A DNA stretch of 64,000 nucleotides from assembly GCA_030704615.1 (NCBI GenBank), contig CM060733.1, forward strand, positions 57,040,001 through 57,104,000. Reading direction: 5' to 3'. The stretch comes from Takakia lepidozioides (lineage: Eukaryota; Plantae; Bryophyta). Below are positions 1-12,938 of this stretch, in pieces. The translations under genes were made by a program, and so were the position numbers. The notes beneath the pieces are model-generated. The model was not told the DNA's origin. It saw only the letters and a program-made list of their open reading frames with translations, and ran no database searches. Numbering within the stretch: the first letter of the stretch is position 1; each line of letters opens with the position of its first letter.

Positions 1-195
1 TGCTAATATGGGAGGGATGGAAATACAAGGCCTGGAACTCCCCAATTTCTTTCATCCGCACACCTTCCTTAGCTCAATGAGACAACAAGCAGGATGCATT
101 TTGACTACCACGTTTGACAATCTAAAACTGATCACCACATGGCACGATTCCCTTGTGATAGAACTGCGTAACATTCTAACAGTCAGTGTCACTGC
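1..195 (+). pseudogene. DYNC2H1: Fragment of cytoplasmic dynein-2 (IFT) heavy chain C-terminal domain
   Basis: ORF 8..295 begins LELPNFFHPHTFLSSMRQQAG...FDNLKLITTW, resembling the dynein-2 C-terminal L.LS.LFHP.TFLNALRQ...SVDSLK...W motif. Similarity stops near 195; the 5' part lies outside the window. Confidence 0.55.
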
Positions 196-216
196 ACTCA
201 TTTTGAGGATATATAC

Positions 217-384
217 CTTTGCACCCACACTTTTGGTGGCCTTCGAAAGACTAGCAACTGTTTTCCCCGTGCTGGTTACTTTGGTAGTCTGTTGAGCAGA
301 AGTCAGCTTGCCAAGGATTCTCGTCACCAACTTTTTATCATATTTGGCATTTGGAAAAGCGAGCTTGATACGCTCTTCGGCCTC
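217..384 (-). other. Isolated 168-bp exon-like segment of an unidentified gene
   Basis: Flanked by ttgtccag| and |gtatat on the minus strand, phase 0-0, open frame EAEERIKLAFPNAKYDKKLVTRILGKLT...VGAK. Confidence 0.3.
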
Positions 385-440
385 CTGGACAAGCAGACAA
401 CTACTCAAACTCAGTGCAAATACAGTGAAAGGATGCAAAA

Positions 441-646
441 TTGACAAAGCATATATAGAGAAACAAAGACTGTCTTATAAGCCCTCCAGCTCCTGAGCAG
501 AATTGACAAAGCACATATAGAGAAACAAAGACTGTCTTATAAGCCATCCAGCTCCTGAGCAGAAATGACAAAGCACATATAGAGAAACAAAGACTGTCTT
601 ATAAGACCTCCAGCTCCTGAGCAGAATTGACAAAGCACATATAGAG
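441..646. repeat. 62-bp tandem repeat, ~3.3 copies
   Basis: ttgacaaagca(t/c)atatagagaaacaaagactgtcttataag...ctcctgagcagaa recurs at 441, 503, 565 and partially at 627. Confidence 0.95.
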
Positions 647-879
647 TTCATGATTCCCTACAATTCAAAAACAACAAAAGAACCTTTAGTACCTGCATTG
701 ACATGCCGTCACCAAAAAGCGTACCAAGACAAGCCTTCAAACCATTGCTGGAAACAACTTTGCTGCCCAAGCAACCCTGAACTTGCTCGTGAGATGATAG
801 ATATGGAGCTCTTGTTGTGCCTTGGTCACTGTCCACCTTGTCAGAGCTGCTGGAAACAAGTTTGCTACCAAGGCAAGCC

Positions 880-1370
880 ATTGAATTTGTACTGCCCAGT
901 CCCTCACAAAAGATCTACCCACTTTCTTACCCGGGAAGTGGACAAGGATTCCGTTGTCTTCCATGCAGGATACCCTGCTCTTGAGGTCTGGCATGTCCAC
1001 CAGTATAATCTGGTGGTCCCCACTGAGGCCTTCCTGCGTGGTAATGAGGTCTTCCCCCACCAGATCGCCTTCCGTCTGATTTTGACTCTAAATCGCCTCC
1101 AACTGTTGCCTTGCAGCTGTGAACATCGGCTGAGGTTCCAGTGCAAGCTGAAGGGCTTGAGTTGGCGGTGGTGGTGGGCCCTGCATGGTGTGTGCAACTG
1201 TAGGCAGATGAGGATTCGTGGTCACTCCTGTAATCACCTGCCCCCTTCTCTCTCCAATCCCCCCGATGGATTGAGTTTGGTGTGCAAGAAAGTATCTTTG
1301 TACCGGAGGTTGGGCGGGACCTTGGCCAGAAGTGAGGACTGGTGGGCCCTGTTCGAAATCCCCTGCCACG
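880..1370 (-). mobile_element. Possible LINE ORF1 N-terminal fragment
   Basis: Pro/Gln-rich leader followed by EDNGILVHFPGKKVGRSFVRDW, resembling the start of plant L1 ORF1 (DUF4283-like). Broken by a stop and truncated. Confidence 0.35.
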
Positions 1371-2202
1371 AGCTGAGCTCTGGCCTCTCAAACTGAATCG
1401 CATGTTCCTTGGTGGAGACATCGTTCGCCGATGAGTTGTCTGCAACTATCAGTTACTGAGAGTAGCCCAGCGATGGAAGCGAGTGCACTTCCGCTTGGCT
1501 TGAGAATGAGTAAGTGTTGAGCTCAGGGGCTGGCTGGCTGGGGGGCACGGGAGTTTGCCGGGCACGATGATCATTAGTTCCTACTGCTAAACCCCTTCAG
1601 GAGTTCGTCTCGACTGTGGAGCTCGCCGCTTCGGGTTGATAACTCATTAATAGAGACGGCCACTAGATAACGCTGCCGACCGTGCTAATGATGAAAGCCG
1701 TCTTTGGGATACAGGTTCCCAGGATATGAACTGAAGTATGTAGAAAAAACGCGCAATATGGGAGGCTTCCTTGTGGAGTAATCTTTGATCAGCCTGTACC
1801 TATAAATGTCATGAGTGTGCTGCAGCTGTTTTAACCCTGGGTTCTTTGGATGAGTTGGATGCTGCAGGGGTTTTGCGAATAATACTGTAAATCAAATTGT
1901 AAGTTATATGAATGAAGAGCTAACAGCATGGAGAACCTGAATACCAAAAGTAAAATCACCCTGCTGCACTGCAAACTAAGAATATGGGGAGGACGAGGGG
2001 AGAGAGACGAAGCGACCGTTGAGCTCAGCGCGGCCATCCCCCCGTGGGATTTGTACCTCCGTAAAAACCTAGCTAAACGGTAGTTTTGGTGGGCTTTAAA
2101 TAGCATAAAATCCCGCTTGTCCTGTTCCGCCCTGTTACGCCGTGGAGCCCAGATAGGTAGGTAGTTTTATATTCACACGGTCTACAATGCAGTTTTTACG
2201 TG

Positions 2203-2313
2203 AGTTAAAGTCCTGTAACTCGGGCTTTACGCGAATCAAGATTCCCATGCCCTCCGGGCTATGGAATCTTGAATTGCCTAAAGCCCGCTATAGAACTTTA
2301 CCTAATACATAAT
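2203..2313. mobile_element. ~100-bp imperfect hairpin ending in a 19-bp terminal motif (putative transposon end)
   Basis: Paired arms cgggcttta/taaagcccg, tcaagattcc/ggaatcttga and taaagt/acttta. The motif actttacctaatacataat (2295-2313) recurs exactly at 26846-26864. Confidence 0.55.
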
Positions 2314-3769
2314 ATTAATGATCAAAATGGAATTTCATACCGTGAATCTTATGAACAATAAATGTTATTTGCAATATGCAATGAGCCCTAATTTGAGACC
2401 AAAGCTGCATAAATAGGGCTTCATAGCGTATAAATATTTTAACTGTTTTAATCAGAAGTTCTTGACGGGCTTCGATTCACCCCCACCCTATCATCTGCAC
2501 AAACATCTTTGTATTTACCAGTGTTGGCCGGGTGCCATGTTTTTAGCCCTCTTCCGGTCCCGATTCTGGACTACTCTTTGAAAAAAATGCAATAGGTTTG
2601 AAAAACATCTCGGTTACAGGTTCTCATTAAACAAATGAATTCGTTTTTGTCCGGTTCTCAATCTACCGGTTATGCCATCTTAAAAAATGCCGGTTCCATT
2701 GTACCGGTTATGGGATTCATCCATTTTTACTTTCTTTATTTTTTCTAGCATTTTTGTGTATGTGTGTAAAACTACACAAGAGGGGCCCTGGTGGTAAGCC
2801 ACTCGTGTATTGGCCTATGGGTATGGGGTTCAAATGTTCAACCCCTGTCATGTATCTCTCTGCCTTTAGGCTGGGGGCTTTGCCCCTGTAATACACTAAG
2901 CCTACAACTTTTACAACTATAACTTTTAGGCAAATGCCCAACTAATTAGTTTTCTATCTACTTAGACTTCTCAATGATATGCACCTAATCTCCCCAACCA
3001 CTGTAAACGTATTGTTACTAGTAAGACATAAAATTCCAATCATGATCTGTCCATCTATAATGTTCTCATCAACCCCTAACACTGTTTTAACTAATTCTGG
3101 ATTTTTGTTTGGTCCAAAAATAATATGAGAAATATAAAATATGAATAAACTAATCTATTATTGAGTAAAGAGATATATATGATTATTTGGCTATTTTATG
3201 TACAATATAACCATGAACAATAATCCTCCAAACATTTTTTGGAGACAATATAAGTATGTATTGTGGTTTTAGAAGAACATCCACTGCCAAGTTGACGTTC
3301 ACGAAAAAAAATGGGAGGATGCAATGAATTACAGCATGATTTGAGGTCAGATATGTAAAACTTTTTGCACAAAATGGTTACCATATCCGATGACATACAA
3401 AACCAAACATAGAACAATCATGGCATGTGACGAAGATGATGACATGACAGAATGAGTATGAGGATACATTGATGATCAACATTCATGTTTTATTAGAGAT
3501 TGCATTTTGGCGTTGCAGTCAGACATAATGTAATGTCAACTGTACATCCGTTCACATAGGACTTAATGTTATCTATCAGCTCGAAGCCATACAACGGCTT
3601 ACACTAACCTATTAATATTACAGAGCCTCCTCCCAAACGGCTCGCAGTCAAGGCATGTGTTCGAAGACGCCTCCGGTTACCAAAACCACTTGCAACGGTC
3701 TTCGCGCGCCCGACTGGATCCCGGAGTGTCAACATCCTCCGCATCACCTGAAATTTTGTCGCGGTCCCT

Positions 3770-4680
3770 TCTATAGGGTTTTTGTTTAAGGTACAAAATA
3801 GACAAACACTTATGGAAGACTCCAATCACTACAACTTAGTAAATGAAAGACTCGTCCTTGAAATGTGGTATTAAGATACATAGAAAGCAAAGTTCGATAA
3901 AAAAAGTAAGTGCATGTCAATCCAAATCAAAGGAAAAACCTAGCGCAAAGTGAAGGGCGAAGACATTTGGATACCCATAATAGTTATGGTTACGGTACGG
4001 ATATTTCATTCCCATTTGCAGGGGAAGGGTAAGGGTTTAGACGTAATAATGGCGTAGGGTTTTGTTTAGGGTTTCCGACGAGGGTTTAGGGTTTGGATTG
4101 AAGGCACAAATGGTGAACATACATGCCGGAAGACTCGCACTCGCTACAACTTAGTGTTTGTTAGGGTACAAAATGAAAATTTGGATACATTGAAGAGATT
4201 TGGATAACCATAATGGTTATGGCTATGGTATGGATAGTTGATTCCCATTTGCAAAGGGAAGGGTAAGGGTTCTGGGGTATTGGGTTAAGGGTAAAGATTT
4301 AGGGTTTTATATTAAGGGTTTAGGGTAGGGGTTTAGGGTTTTTGTTTAAGGTACAAAATAGACAAACACTTATAGAAGACTCCAGTCGCTAGACCTCAGT
4401 GTTGTTAGTAGGGTAGTAAGCAAAATAAAAATGAAGAACCAAATATTTTGGACAAGTATTTAAATGAAAGACTAGTCCTTGGAACTTGGTATTAAGATGT
4501 AACATAGAAAGTAAACTATAACATGCCTAAGTGCATGTCAATTCAAAACAAAGGAAAAACCTAGCGCAAAAGTGAAGGGAGAAGACATTTCAATAACCAT
4601 AATGGTTATGGTTATGGTTATGGTTATGGTATGAATAGTTCATGGGCCATTTGCAAAAAAGGGTAAGGGTTTAGGGGTAA
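3770..4680 (+). repeat. Degenerate G-rich array with TTTAGGG-like units and internal duplications
   Basis: Many gggtttagggt/agggtaaggg units. Blocks at 3775 and 4336 (agggtttttgtttaaggtacaaaatagacaaacac) and at 3841 and 4462 are duplicated. Confidence 0.8.
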
Positions 4681-5539
4681 TGCTAACATAAAAAGCAAGG
4701 AATAAAAAAGGTATGTCAATCCAAAATCCTAAATAACAAAAAAAAAAAACTGAAAGTACATCCTATGAGATTTGGAAAGAAAATGGCGTTATATAACGAC
4801 TTTGGGAAGCGCCTAGTTCTCATGGGAGAAAATGGAAGAAAACATGAGAGAGGATAAAAAATCAGACCACCAAATAAAACTATGAGAAATGAAAATTGCT
4901 TAAAATTTGAATAACGGAAGAAAACATGTGAAACAATGAAAGAAAATCAGAGCCAAACATGAGAAGTATGAAAATGAAGTGAAATGAAAATTTGGTGCAG
5001 AAAAGTCGTAGAGCTTAGAAGGAAAATGGAGCAAAACCTCAGAGAAAAAACTTCATGACTGGCAAATTGAAAAGTATGTCAAGAATGATTGGGTATGGGT
5101 CCTCTTAGTGGGAGACTTCAGTGGGAGACTTGGTTCTGCGAAAAGCAAGTGCAATCATTGAGAGAATGACTGGAAATGGCCTAATTTTTTTTATGTTAAA
5201 AACCACTTTGACCGAATTTCAAGACTCCAATGGTCGTGCCCGCCATTTTTGTTCTTCTGAACTCTATGTTATGTAGGTCAGACTCCCCCACAGGGTTTTT
5301 CTTCGTTGAACAGAATGTACAGCAGGCCAGAATCCAGCACACCAGAAACAAAGGTCGAGAACATCCACTGGACATTCGAGGTTCAGTGCGACATAAGAAG
5401 ATAACAAAAAAGAGCCCCCAACGCAAACAAGAAGGGCCATATAGAGAAGAAAAAAATTATTTCTTAAATCGAAGTATCGGAGGTGACCTCAACATTTTGT
5501 CATTGGACTACAACTCATTCGCAAGACTCACTTTCTGAC

Positions 5540-7031
5540 TGACGATTGGCCTCCTCCAAACTCGCCCGCGCCTTCACTGTTTCCGCGGCTGTAATTCTCT
5601 TAGTGCTATTCATTGTCGTATTTTTTCGTGGCGGCATTGTCCACACAATATTGTTCACGTGGATCTATTGAGCAGGATCTGACGAGTTATACTCCCAAAG
5701 TTTTGACCAACAGTCCCTATACATTTCCAAGTCAGTTCGGTTACCTCCCTTTCTCGGTCTCCACCACTCCACCTTCACCTTCTTAAAATTAGGATCCTCT
5801 CTTTCTCAGATCGCGTCAGATATTGCCACCCCTACCCAGACCGGGCACGTCCTTGGGTCATGAGGGCGAACGAGCACAAAAAACCCTTTCTCAATATCCT
5901 TGAACGGATTCAAGGGTATCCTTGGACGCTCACACCTCGGGCTACAGTAAGGTTCTGGGATTTCATCATCTTCTTCCATATCTGGCACTATCTGTGGCTG
6001 GATTCCATCTCTGCGATGATTCGTGGACCAGTTTGTTTTCGGCCAGAATCCCTCAAGCAGATGAGTACGCTCGGGAGTTTCCAAAATTGGCTTATCCAGC
6101 TCAGCGAGAATGTTTCCCCAGTACTGGTCGTATTGTTCCATTAGACCTCTGTAATGATCGTCAAGCATCATTTTTTTTGTCCAAAAATCCCTGTATTTTT
6201 TTATTCCATTCTTGATGAATGACTGTTTTTTGGAGGAGTCGTCACCGACTCCCCAGATCGATCTTCTTGGAACGGCGCCTGGGTCTCCTTCAGGGAGCTT
6301 GGAAGTCCCGTTACGATTGGACTTCCACATCTTCATGCTATTGTTTGTTGGAAGCCAATCCGAGCAGTAGCTGACTTCTTGTACTTCATGACGGGCCAAC
6401 CCTCCGCATCCTTAAAAAAACGGAACACATGCATCTCCGAAATCCCGACCAATGCCTCATTTCCATCCAGAATACAACCCTTTACAAATTTCTTGAAGTC
6501 GGGAACCTCCTGAATAATCTGTGGAATGAACTGCAAATCTTGCGAGGTCATGAATGACCTCATCAAATCTGAAAGAATGTAGGTGCTGCGTTCCTTTAGC
6601 TTCTTCGAAAGGTAGCTGAAGAAGCCATCAATGTCTTCACGGGTGTGGCCGACCATTAGAAACCCTAGCTGGATCTCTTCAAAAACATCTTTGGTGGTGA
6701 AGAGGGATAGAAAAGCAAGCATCTATCTGTTCTTATTGTCCTTCACGAAGTTGTCCATTAGTGAGTAGAATCTTCTCGGAAGTGGACGAGTACCCCGTTT
6801 GTCTTCCGGCCTGCAGGATTTAAGAATATCCAAACATCTCAATTTACCTCTTAAGAGCGATTCAAAAAACTCATTTTGAAGTCCATAATCGAAAATGTTC
6901 CTAGACTCGCGACGGGTTGGCTTCTCCAGCTGGCGTAGGCAACATGCCAAAGATTCAATTGTAAAGTTTGAATTTCCCTTCCAGAACTCAAGAGAGAACT
7001 GGCCGTAAGCTCCATCATCGTGTCCGTGTGT
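5540..7031 (-). pseudogene. Sola-like (DUF7869-type) transposase, C-terminal half, with stops and frameshifts
   Basis: THGH.DGAY, MDNFVKDNKNR, FLMVGHTREDIDGFFS motifs. Split over ORFs 6723..7040, 6333..6722 and 5806..6399. Confidence 0.75.
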
Positions 7032-7959
7032 GAGGCTCACACCACGTCAACAAGGCTCCACGTGTGCAGGCCCTAATTCCGAGCCCCCCCCCCCCCCCTA
7101 TTTCCGTAGAACGGATGGTGCACAACAAGGCGCTTATGTCCTAACTTTTTGAACTATCTTGATCGCCCCCACATTCAAATTCATTCCGGCCGAGGAACAA
7201 GGAAGGTTTGTGGATGGTTTTTGAGCACGTGACATGATTTTGCAACGAGAAAAACGCCCGCAAGGGAATTGAACATGAACAACAACGCCTGCTTTTGTAA
7301 CGTAGTTCCTTTCTTCCAACCCACATACATATTCCAATGCTGGACGATCTCTAGACATACATCAGGCAATCCCAAAATTTCCTTTGCGGTACGCGCGAAA
7401 AATATGTAGAACAGGTTGGCAATGATTGTAATACCAAAACACCATTTATTAAGCCTGTGTACATCAACCCCACGAACTACTGGAGGTTGCAGAGGAACCA
7501 CTTCCAGACTCTGCAACAATATCATCTATAAAAACACCAGCCCTTCCGTAACGTTTTTTTCTGCCATGACCCCCATAGAGAGGCGAATAGGTTGTTTGTT
7601 GGGACAACACGGTCCGTGCGCATGCTTCCGCGTAAACAGGCAAGCGGTAAGCTCGAGGGGGACTCGGGGTCATGTAACATCCTTGGAAACCGAAAGGTGT
7701 TTGGTGATTCGATGATTGGTGCCGCACTCTAGAAAGCAACAAGAGGAATGGTGTTAGATGTCTCAATTCAGAATTTGCCATCGAAGCAACCAACGGGATA
7801 GTACAGGAATGACACAAAGGAATGCAACATCTATTTCACGACAAGAAACTAGACTTACTCACACTCAAAATCAGAGTCCACGTCCAGATCCTCGTCAGGC
7901 ACGTCGGGCTCCTCCAGAACTGCCTCTGTGGGGGGAGGGGGGGGGAGAAGTAGAGCCCG

Positions 7960-8345
7960 ACTCAAGCTGATGAAGCTCACTTGAGAAGAGCTCTGCATCA
8001 GCCTCCATGCTGAAGAAGTGCCTTCCGGCGCTTTTGCACGCATGGAAAGATGCTCCTGCAAATCAAAGACGAATGAGAAATTAAAACAGGGCTTCCCTCT
8101 GTATATTGAAGCTCTCACAGTCCACATTTCAAGTACAAAGTACAGGGGCCCACTTGTGCCAATAGATAAGTCAACCACTCGACCACCGTGACGGTTGCAT
8201 GTCTCCATCAAAGTCTGCATGAAAGCTGGGGATTTCTCCTGGGCACCTCTCCAAGGGACACCATTTGACCTTTTCGTAGTGCGACCTGAGTCCACGTAAT
8301 TGAGGACCACATCTGAATCCTCGACAGGCTCGCAGGTAGCGGCAC
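7960..8345 (-). pseudogene. N4/N6 DNA amino-methyltransferase-like C-terminal fragment with one intron
   Basis: Removing a GT-AG intron (8153-8056, 98 bp) gives PWRGAQEKSPAFMQTLMETCNRHGGRVVDLSIGT(R)ASFHACKSAGRHFFSMEAD. This fits the K-P..L..LI...S..G..VLDPF.GSGTT..AA...GR..IG.E.D tail of N6_N4_Mtase enzymes. Confidence 0.65.
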
Positions 8346-8349
8346 ATGG

Positions 8350-10380
8350 AGGGGAGAATGAGAGAAGTAACAAGCAGGAAGGGGTGCAACACGATGAAGG
8401 AGCTGATCGCATCAATAGCAAACAAGAGAAGGATGCAGGACTGATACATGAGGGAGAGACACATCAGTGGAAAGAGAAACCAGGATGGAGATACCTAGCC
8501 GACCATGAGGGCAATGGCTGGAAATATGAAGGCAATAAGCACGTGATGAAGACATTACCTAAGAGGCTGGAGCACAAAAGAGAGGAAGGTAAGTACTTCA
8601 TTTGTGAAGGAGGTGAAGAATGGGAAGACGAGGCGGACAACTGGCTGCCTGAAAGAGAAGGAAGGTTGAGGGAACATCTGCCAAGACGACCACATGGTGA
8701 GAAACAAGCAAGCAAAAATCTGCCTTTTGTTGGAGTGGTGCAGACCAGGGCAAGGATGGAAACGGAGCCAGATGAACAAAGTCTGGTGGGAAATGATGAG
8801 CAAGGCGTGCCTGAAAAGCGAATAGACGGGTGCAGCAACAAGGGTAAGGAGAAGTACTTACCTGAAATGAAGACTGGGGACCTGGAGGATGGAGCCAGCA
8901 GCAGCTCATCCGGTAGTGAGAAGAACAATGGTGACGATCTGCCAAAAAGGGGGAAGTCAGCCGAGAGTGAAGAAGATCTATGGGGGGGAGCATTTCAGCA
9001 GCGCACATTGCTACAAATGGCAGTTGAAGAAGGTTCAACAAAGGAGATGGAGGAAGATTGCCAGCCTGATCGGGAAGAACACGAACCTGATATCTTCAAT
9101 GATGTGCAAGCTATGCACTTACTCACATTTGGGGAGGTCAATGATTACCTCACTCGGGAAGAACAAAAGAGGGTGAAGAAGCGTGCTCACCATTACCAAT
9201 GGAAGGAAGGAATGCTTCTGTACCGAGGGTTGATTGTGCCAACACCAAAAGAGAGAGAGGAGCTCATTCGCCGCATGCATCGAGAGATGGGACACTTTGG
9301 AGTCAAACGCGTGCAAGCTGAAATCTGCAAGAGGTTCTTTTGGCACAACCGGACTAGGCAAATACGGGAGGTGTTACAAACCTGCAATCGATGTCAGGCA
9401 GCTAGGGTTTCAGGTCCGTTAAGATCTGGGGGAAACAAACTTCGAAGCATTCATATCAAGGACCTCTTCTATAGGATTGCAATGGATACTGCAGGACCAT
9501 TACCCAAGACTAAGGAAGGGAACCACTTTGCACTCATTGCGGTGGACCATTTCTCCAAATGGGTGGAGGTTGCACTAGTGGTAGAGCACACAACTGCAAT
9601 GGCGGCCAAATTTCTTGAAGAGCAGGTCATTTACAGATATGGGATACCTCGCACAGTGTTGACAGATCAGGGGAGTGAGTGGAAGGGCGATTCAAAGAGA
9701 TATGCGAGCGATTTGGCATCAAGCAGGAGTACTCGGCACCCTACTGGCCGCAGTGCAATGGCATGGCGGAAAGGCTCATCAAGACGCTCAAACAAAGTAT
9801 AGTAACACTAGGAGGAGGGACGGGGTGTGAGTGAGATCGTGACCTGTATCGCTCAGTATTTGGGTACAGATTCGGAATCCAAGCCTCAACCCGCTACTCA
9901 CCATTCAAAGTGCTTAGTGGCAGGGAGATGTGAATGTCAATTGACAACGAGATTGGAGGAGTCACGGAGCTAGTGAAGCTTGATGACGATGAAGATGCCA
10001 TAGTGGAGATGATGGCCAAGAAAGTACAAGCCATTTGAGCGATTGAGAGACAACTCCGTGACAATGTCAAAAGGGCACAAACGCAGCAATAGAGGGGATA
10101 TGCTGTCAGGCACAAACATCACAAGGAATTTAGGGAGCTGCCGAATCAAAGTCTGGTAATGATGTTGAGACCAGGTAAGAAAAGGAAGATGGAAGATCCC
10201 TGGGAAGGCCCATACCTGCTGATAGGGCACGAAGAAGCGCACGATGCAGGAAATGATGAAGGAGCCAGAGTGTGTATCCTACATGATGGAGCGGGGAAAC
10301 AATGGAAGCGAAAGCGCCGTGATTTGAAGGAGTTGCGAACCATGGGTGACACTGGAAGAGGCCTCCGCGGACGGAGGTAG
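8350..10380 (+). mobile_element. Ty3/Gypsy integrase region (degenerate)
   Basis: HREMGHFG...CNRC zinc-binding domain, then MDTAGP, VDHFSKW, LTDQGSEW core. After a frameshift at ~9690 the sequence reads PQCNGMAER; PWEGPY follows at ~10200. Confidence 0.9.
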
Positions 10381-11399
10381 TCAAAGAATGGAGAGCTCTA
10401 CAGCTGTAGGGCAACGCTGAGTCCCGCGATTTGGAGCTGCGATTTTCAAGCTAAGTGTCGGAGTGTCGAGAGGAAGACAATACACCTCACGGATGAAGCA
10501 TGAATGAAAGGGGCGCTGATGGATGGAAATGGAGCACTCCTAGTTGGATCGTGGATGACGGGCAGATGAACTGACTTGACAGTTGGTCGTCACTGGGTGG
10601 ATGAATAAGTAAGCATAGCTGGATAACAGACAGATGAAAGGTGGTAATTAGCATAGGTGTGCTTATTCATCCGTATGGATGAAAAGAAGTAGCTGCAGAA
10701 AAACTAGGGGGGCACGAGTTGTAGCAGCGTGCAGGGTTGACGAGAGGGGGATAATTACCCGCGATCTGCCAAATAAATGAAGCCAAGAGCGATGGGTTAG
10801 CCATGGAATTAGCGGTCTCTCAGCGCACCGTCCGCTGTGGATAGGGGCATCGGGGAAGAATATAAGCGGGTAGTAAGCATGAATCGGTACCTTGGACTTG
10901 TGAGCAATGTGTGAGAGATGGGCTGGTACAATCCAGAGTGAGTGAGCAGTAAATGGTGATCCTTTGGTGCATATGGGAAGGTCTTGTTTCTTGAGATGCA
11001 ATGTTTCGGGCATATAGACGGATCAGATGCTTAAGGATCGGGGGTTTGAATTTGACACAAGGACTTAGGATGATTCATGCTCACATCAGATTGAGATTAT
11101 TCATGATCAGTTGCAGGACAAAAGAAATACACATGGGTGTTGTGGACTGAATGGGAAGTGGGGTGCAAAGGAAATTCTGGAGCAGAAATTCATGAGGTGC
11201 CACCTACCTGCGAACCACCGGGGTGCAGCACACGAGGAGTACACTGACTGACTAGCCAAGGGGGCATGCCGTGACAGAAAATTTCGGATCAAGAGTTACC
11301 AACCACGCTGGTGTCTCTACCTTCCAATGGGTGGCCAAGCAATCAGAAAACAAAAATAAAAGAAATAAGAGATATTGCTAAGAGTAGACGCATTTGATT

Positions 11400-12380
11400 C
11401 TAGGATAGGATGCTCAATGACATAAGTGATATGTTCTCTTCCGCTGCCATATCATTTATGTCATCAGACTGACCAGAATTGTGAGTGCACACAAGTTTTG
11501 CAGGGTCCTTCTTTTTGCTCTGCAGTGGTTCCATAAGACATGGAGCATGACTATAACTTTTAGAGCCGGTACAAAGTCTCCATTTTTTAGCCTCGACCAT
11601 AACAATGCCTCGATAGATTGCAACAAGTTGTTTCCAAGTCGTGGGCGCTTGAAAGCCATTCAAATCTCCAACCCACTCGGGCCCTGTAAGAGTCAACAAA
11701 CGTCCGAGTGACAAGCCTCGATAATCCAAATTTCCACAGGGTTGCTCACCCAAGCCTCCAAACAAGGCCTTCATAATCTCCCCTTGGGCATGCACTGGCA
11801 TGTGATGGTCATCCAACAAAGTCTGCATGCCAATGATCTGTGTCATGAGGGCTTGGTGTATTGTCTGCTTTTGCCTTTCAAACTGTGGAGCCACAGTGGA
11901 TGCTATAGATGTGCTTGCAAGATTGCCTTCGTCAACATTCACCTTTTCATAAAAAATCCTTGAAGAAGAAGAAGCAATGTTCCCTTCAACTTGAGCATGG
12001 ATCTTGCTGAATCTGACGTCAGTGTCACTAGTGCAATAGACATCAGTTGACTTCCCATGAGAGTAGCTCAAGTGTCTACTCACTGTTGCTCGTGACCGCA
12101 TCAACCCACCATTGCACACATGACACTAACATCGTTCCATTCGTGATTCATTGTTGGTGACTTCTTCTACCATTGTAACTCTACCAGAGGTAGAGGGCTC
12201 CTCCACTGCTTCAGGTGGATTATCCAATCTTGCAAGTCTTCTCACACTATAATGAATTTGCCCCGCCATAGATTTCTTCTCATGGGCATACCACGTTCTT
12301 CTCTGAATCCAAGAAAAACCTGGTGCAAAGTGTTGGCATCTGTATGAACAAGTACATCGTATTCTACCTAAGTCATCCAT
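11400..12380 (-). mobile_element. Possible N-terminal part of a CACTA/EnSpm transposase
   Basis: Cys-rich start RIRCTCSYRC...RRTWYAH, then Q.LLD...P...Q.EI and P.TW.Q motifs reminiscent of TnpD N-termini. No catalytic core is present. Confidence 0.35.
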
Positions 12381-12938
12381 CGGCCCAAACCTCAGATAAA
12401 CGACTTTTGCTTGATATGCTTCTCGAGCTAATCCTGCTCCATTTTCTGCAACAAGTTTAGTGAATCAATGATGCAGAACGGGTAGTAGCTGGCCCAAGGG
12501 AGGGGGCAATGGTGCATTCGCGCTGTGATTCCATCAGACGAGTATATGGCCAATGTCGGCATTCAACAAGTTCGCATCTTCTCCCTGTCCCTACATCTTC
12601 CTCTTCTCCCTTGTGCTCTGATAGTCATCAAACATATTAGCTGGTTTGTCAGCTGCCGAGGAGTGTCTCTCCCTCTTTTGTCTCAATGTAATTCCTACCG
12701 TTTCTCATGCAGCACAACTGCCTAATGGGGCCCTTTCACATCCTTCTTAGTCACACACTGTGGGACTTTAGAGAATCATCTAGTCCAGCTATTGCATCCT
12801 TCAGTCTCCAAGATTTATAGATAGTTAGTTGTTCCTCTCAACTTCCCCATTCTATGATCAATGATGCAATGCTATGTATGACAAAGATTCAAGACTGCTT
12901 GCGACACAGAGCAACCCATCAACACATCCCCCAATGAT

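Larger units (their letters stand above)
3081..7031 (-). mobile_element. Sola-like DNA transposon, copy A (5' truncated)
   Basis: Colinear homology with copy B: shared end motif ttttaactaattctgga, shared G-rich subterminal repeats, shared 3' UTR and transposase. Homology stops abruptly at ~7031. Confidence 0.75.

Noticed and set aside
441-646. CRISPR-like appearance of the tandem arrays (also 13771-14452, 41238-41940, 50111-50312)
   Set aside because: Units are contiguous near-identical repeats without unique spacers, there are no cas genes, and the context is eukaryotic.
650-1396. 248-aa plus-strand ORF
   Set aside because: No recognisable motifs. It spans a junction and is antisense to more plausible coding fragments.
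2519-2720. hAT-like end (cagtgtt plus repeated ccggtt)
   Set aside because: No partner TIR or 8-bp TSD identified.
8300-9802. 500-aa ORF as a single protein
   Set aside because: Its start overlaps the antisense MTase fragment and its end is out of frame. Only the integrase part is supported.
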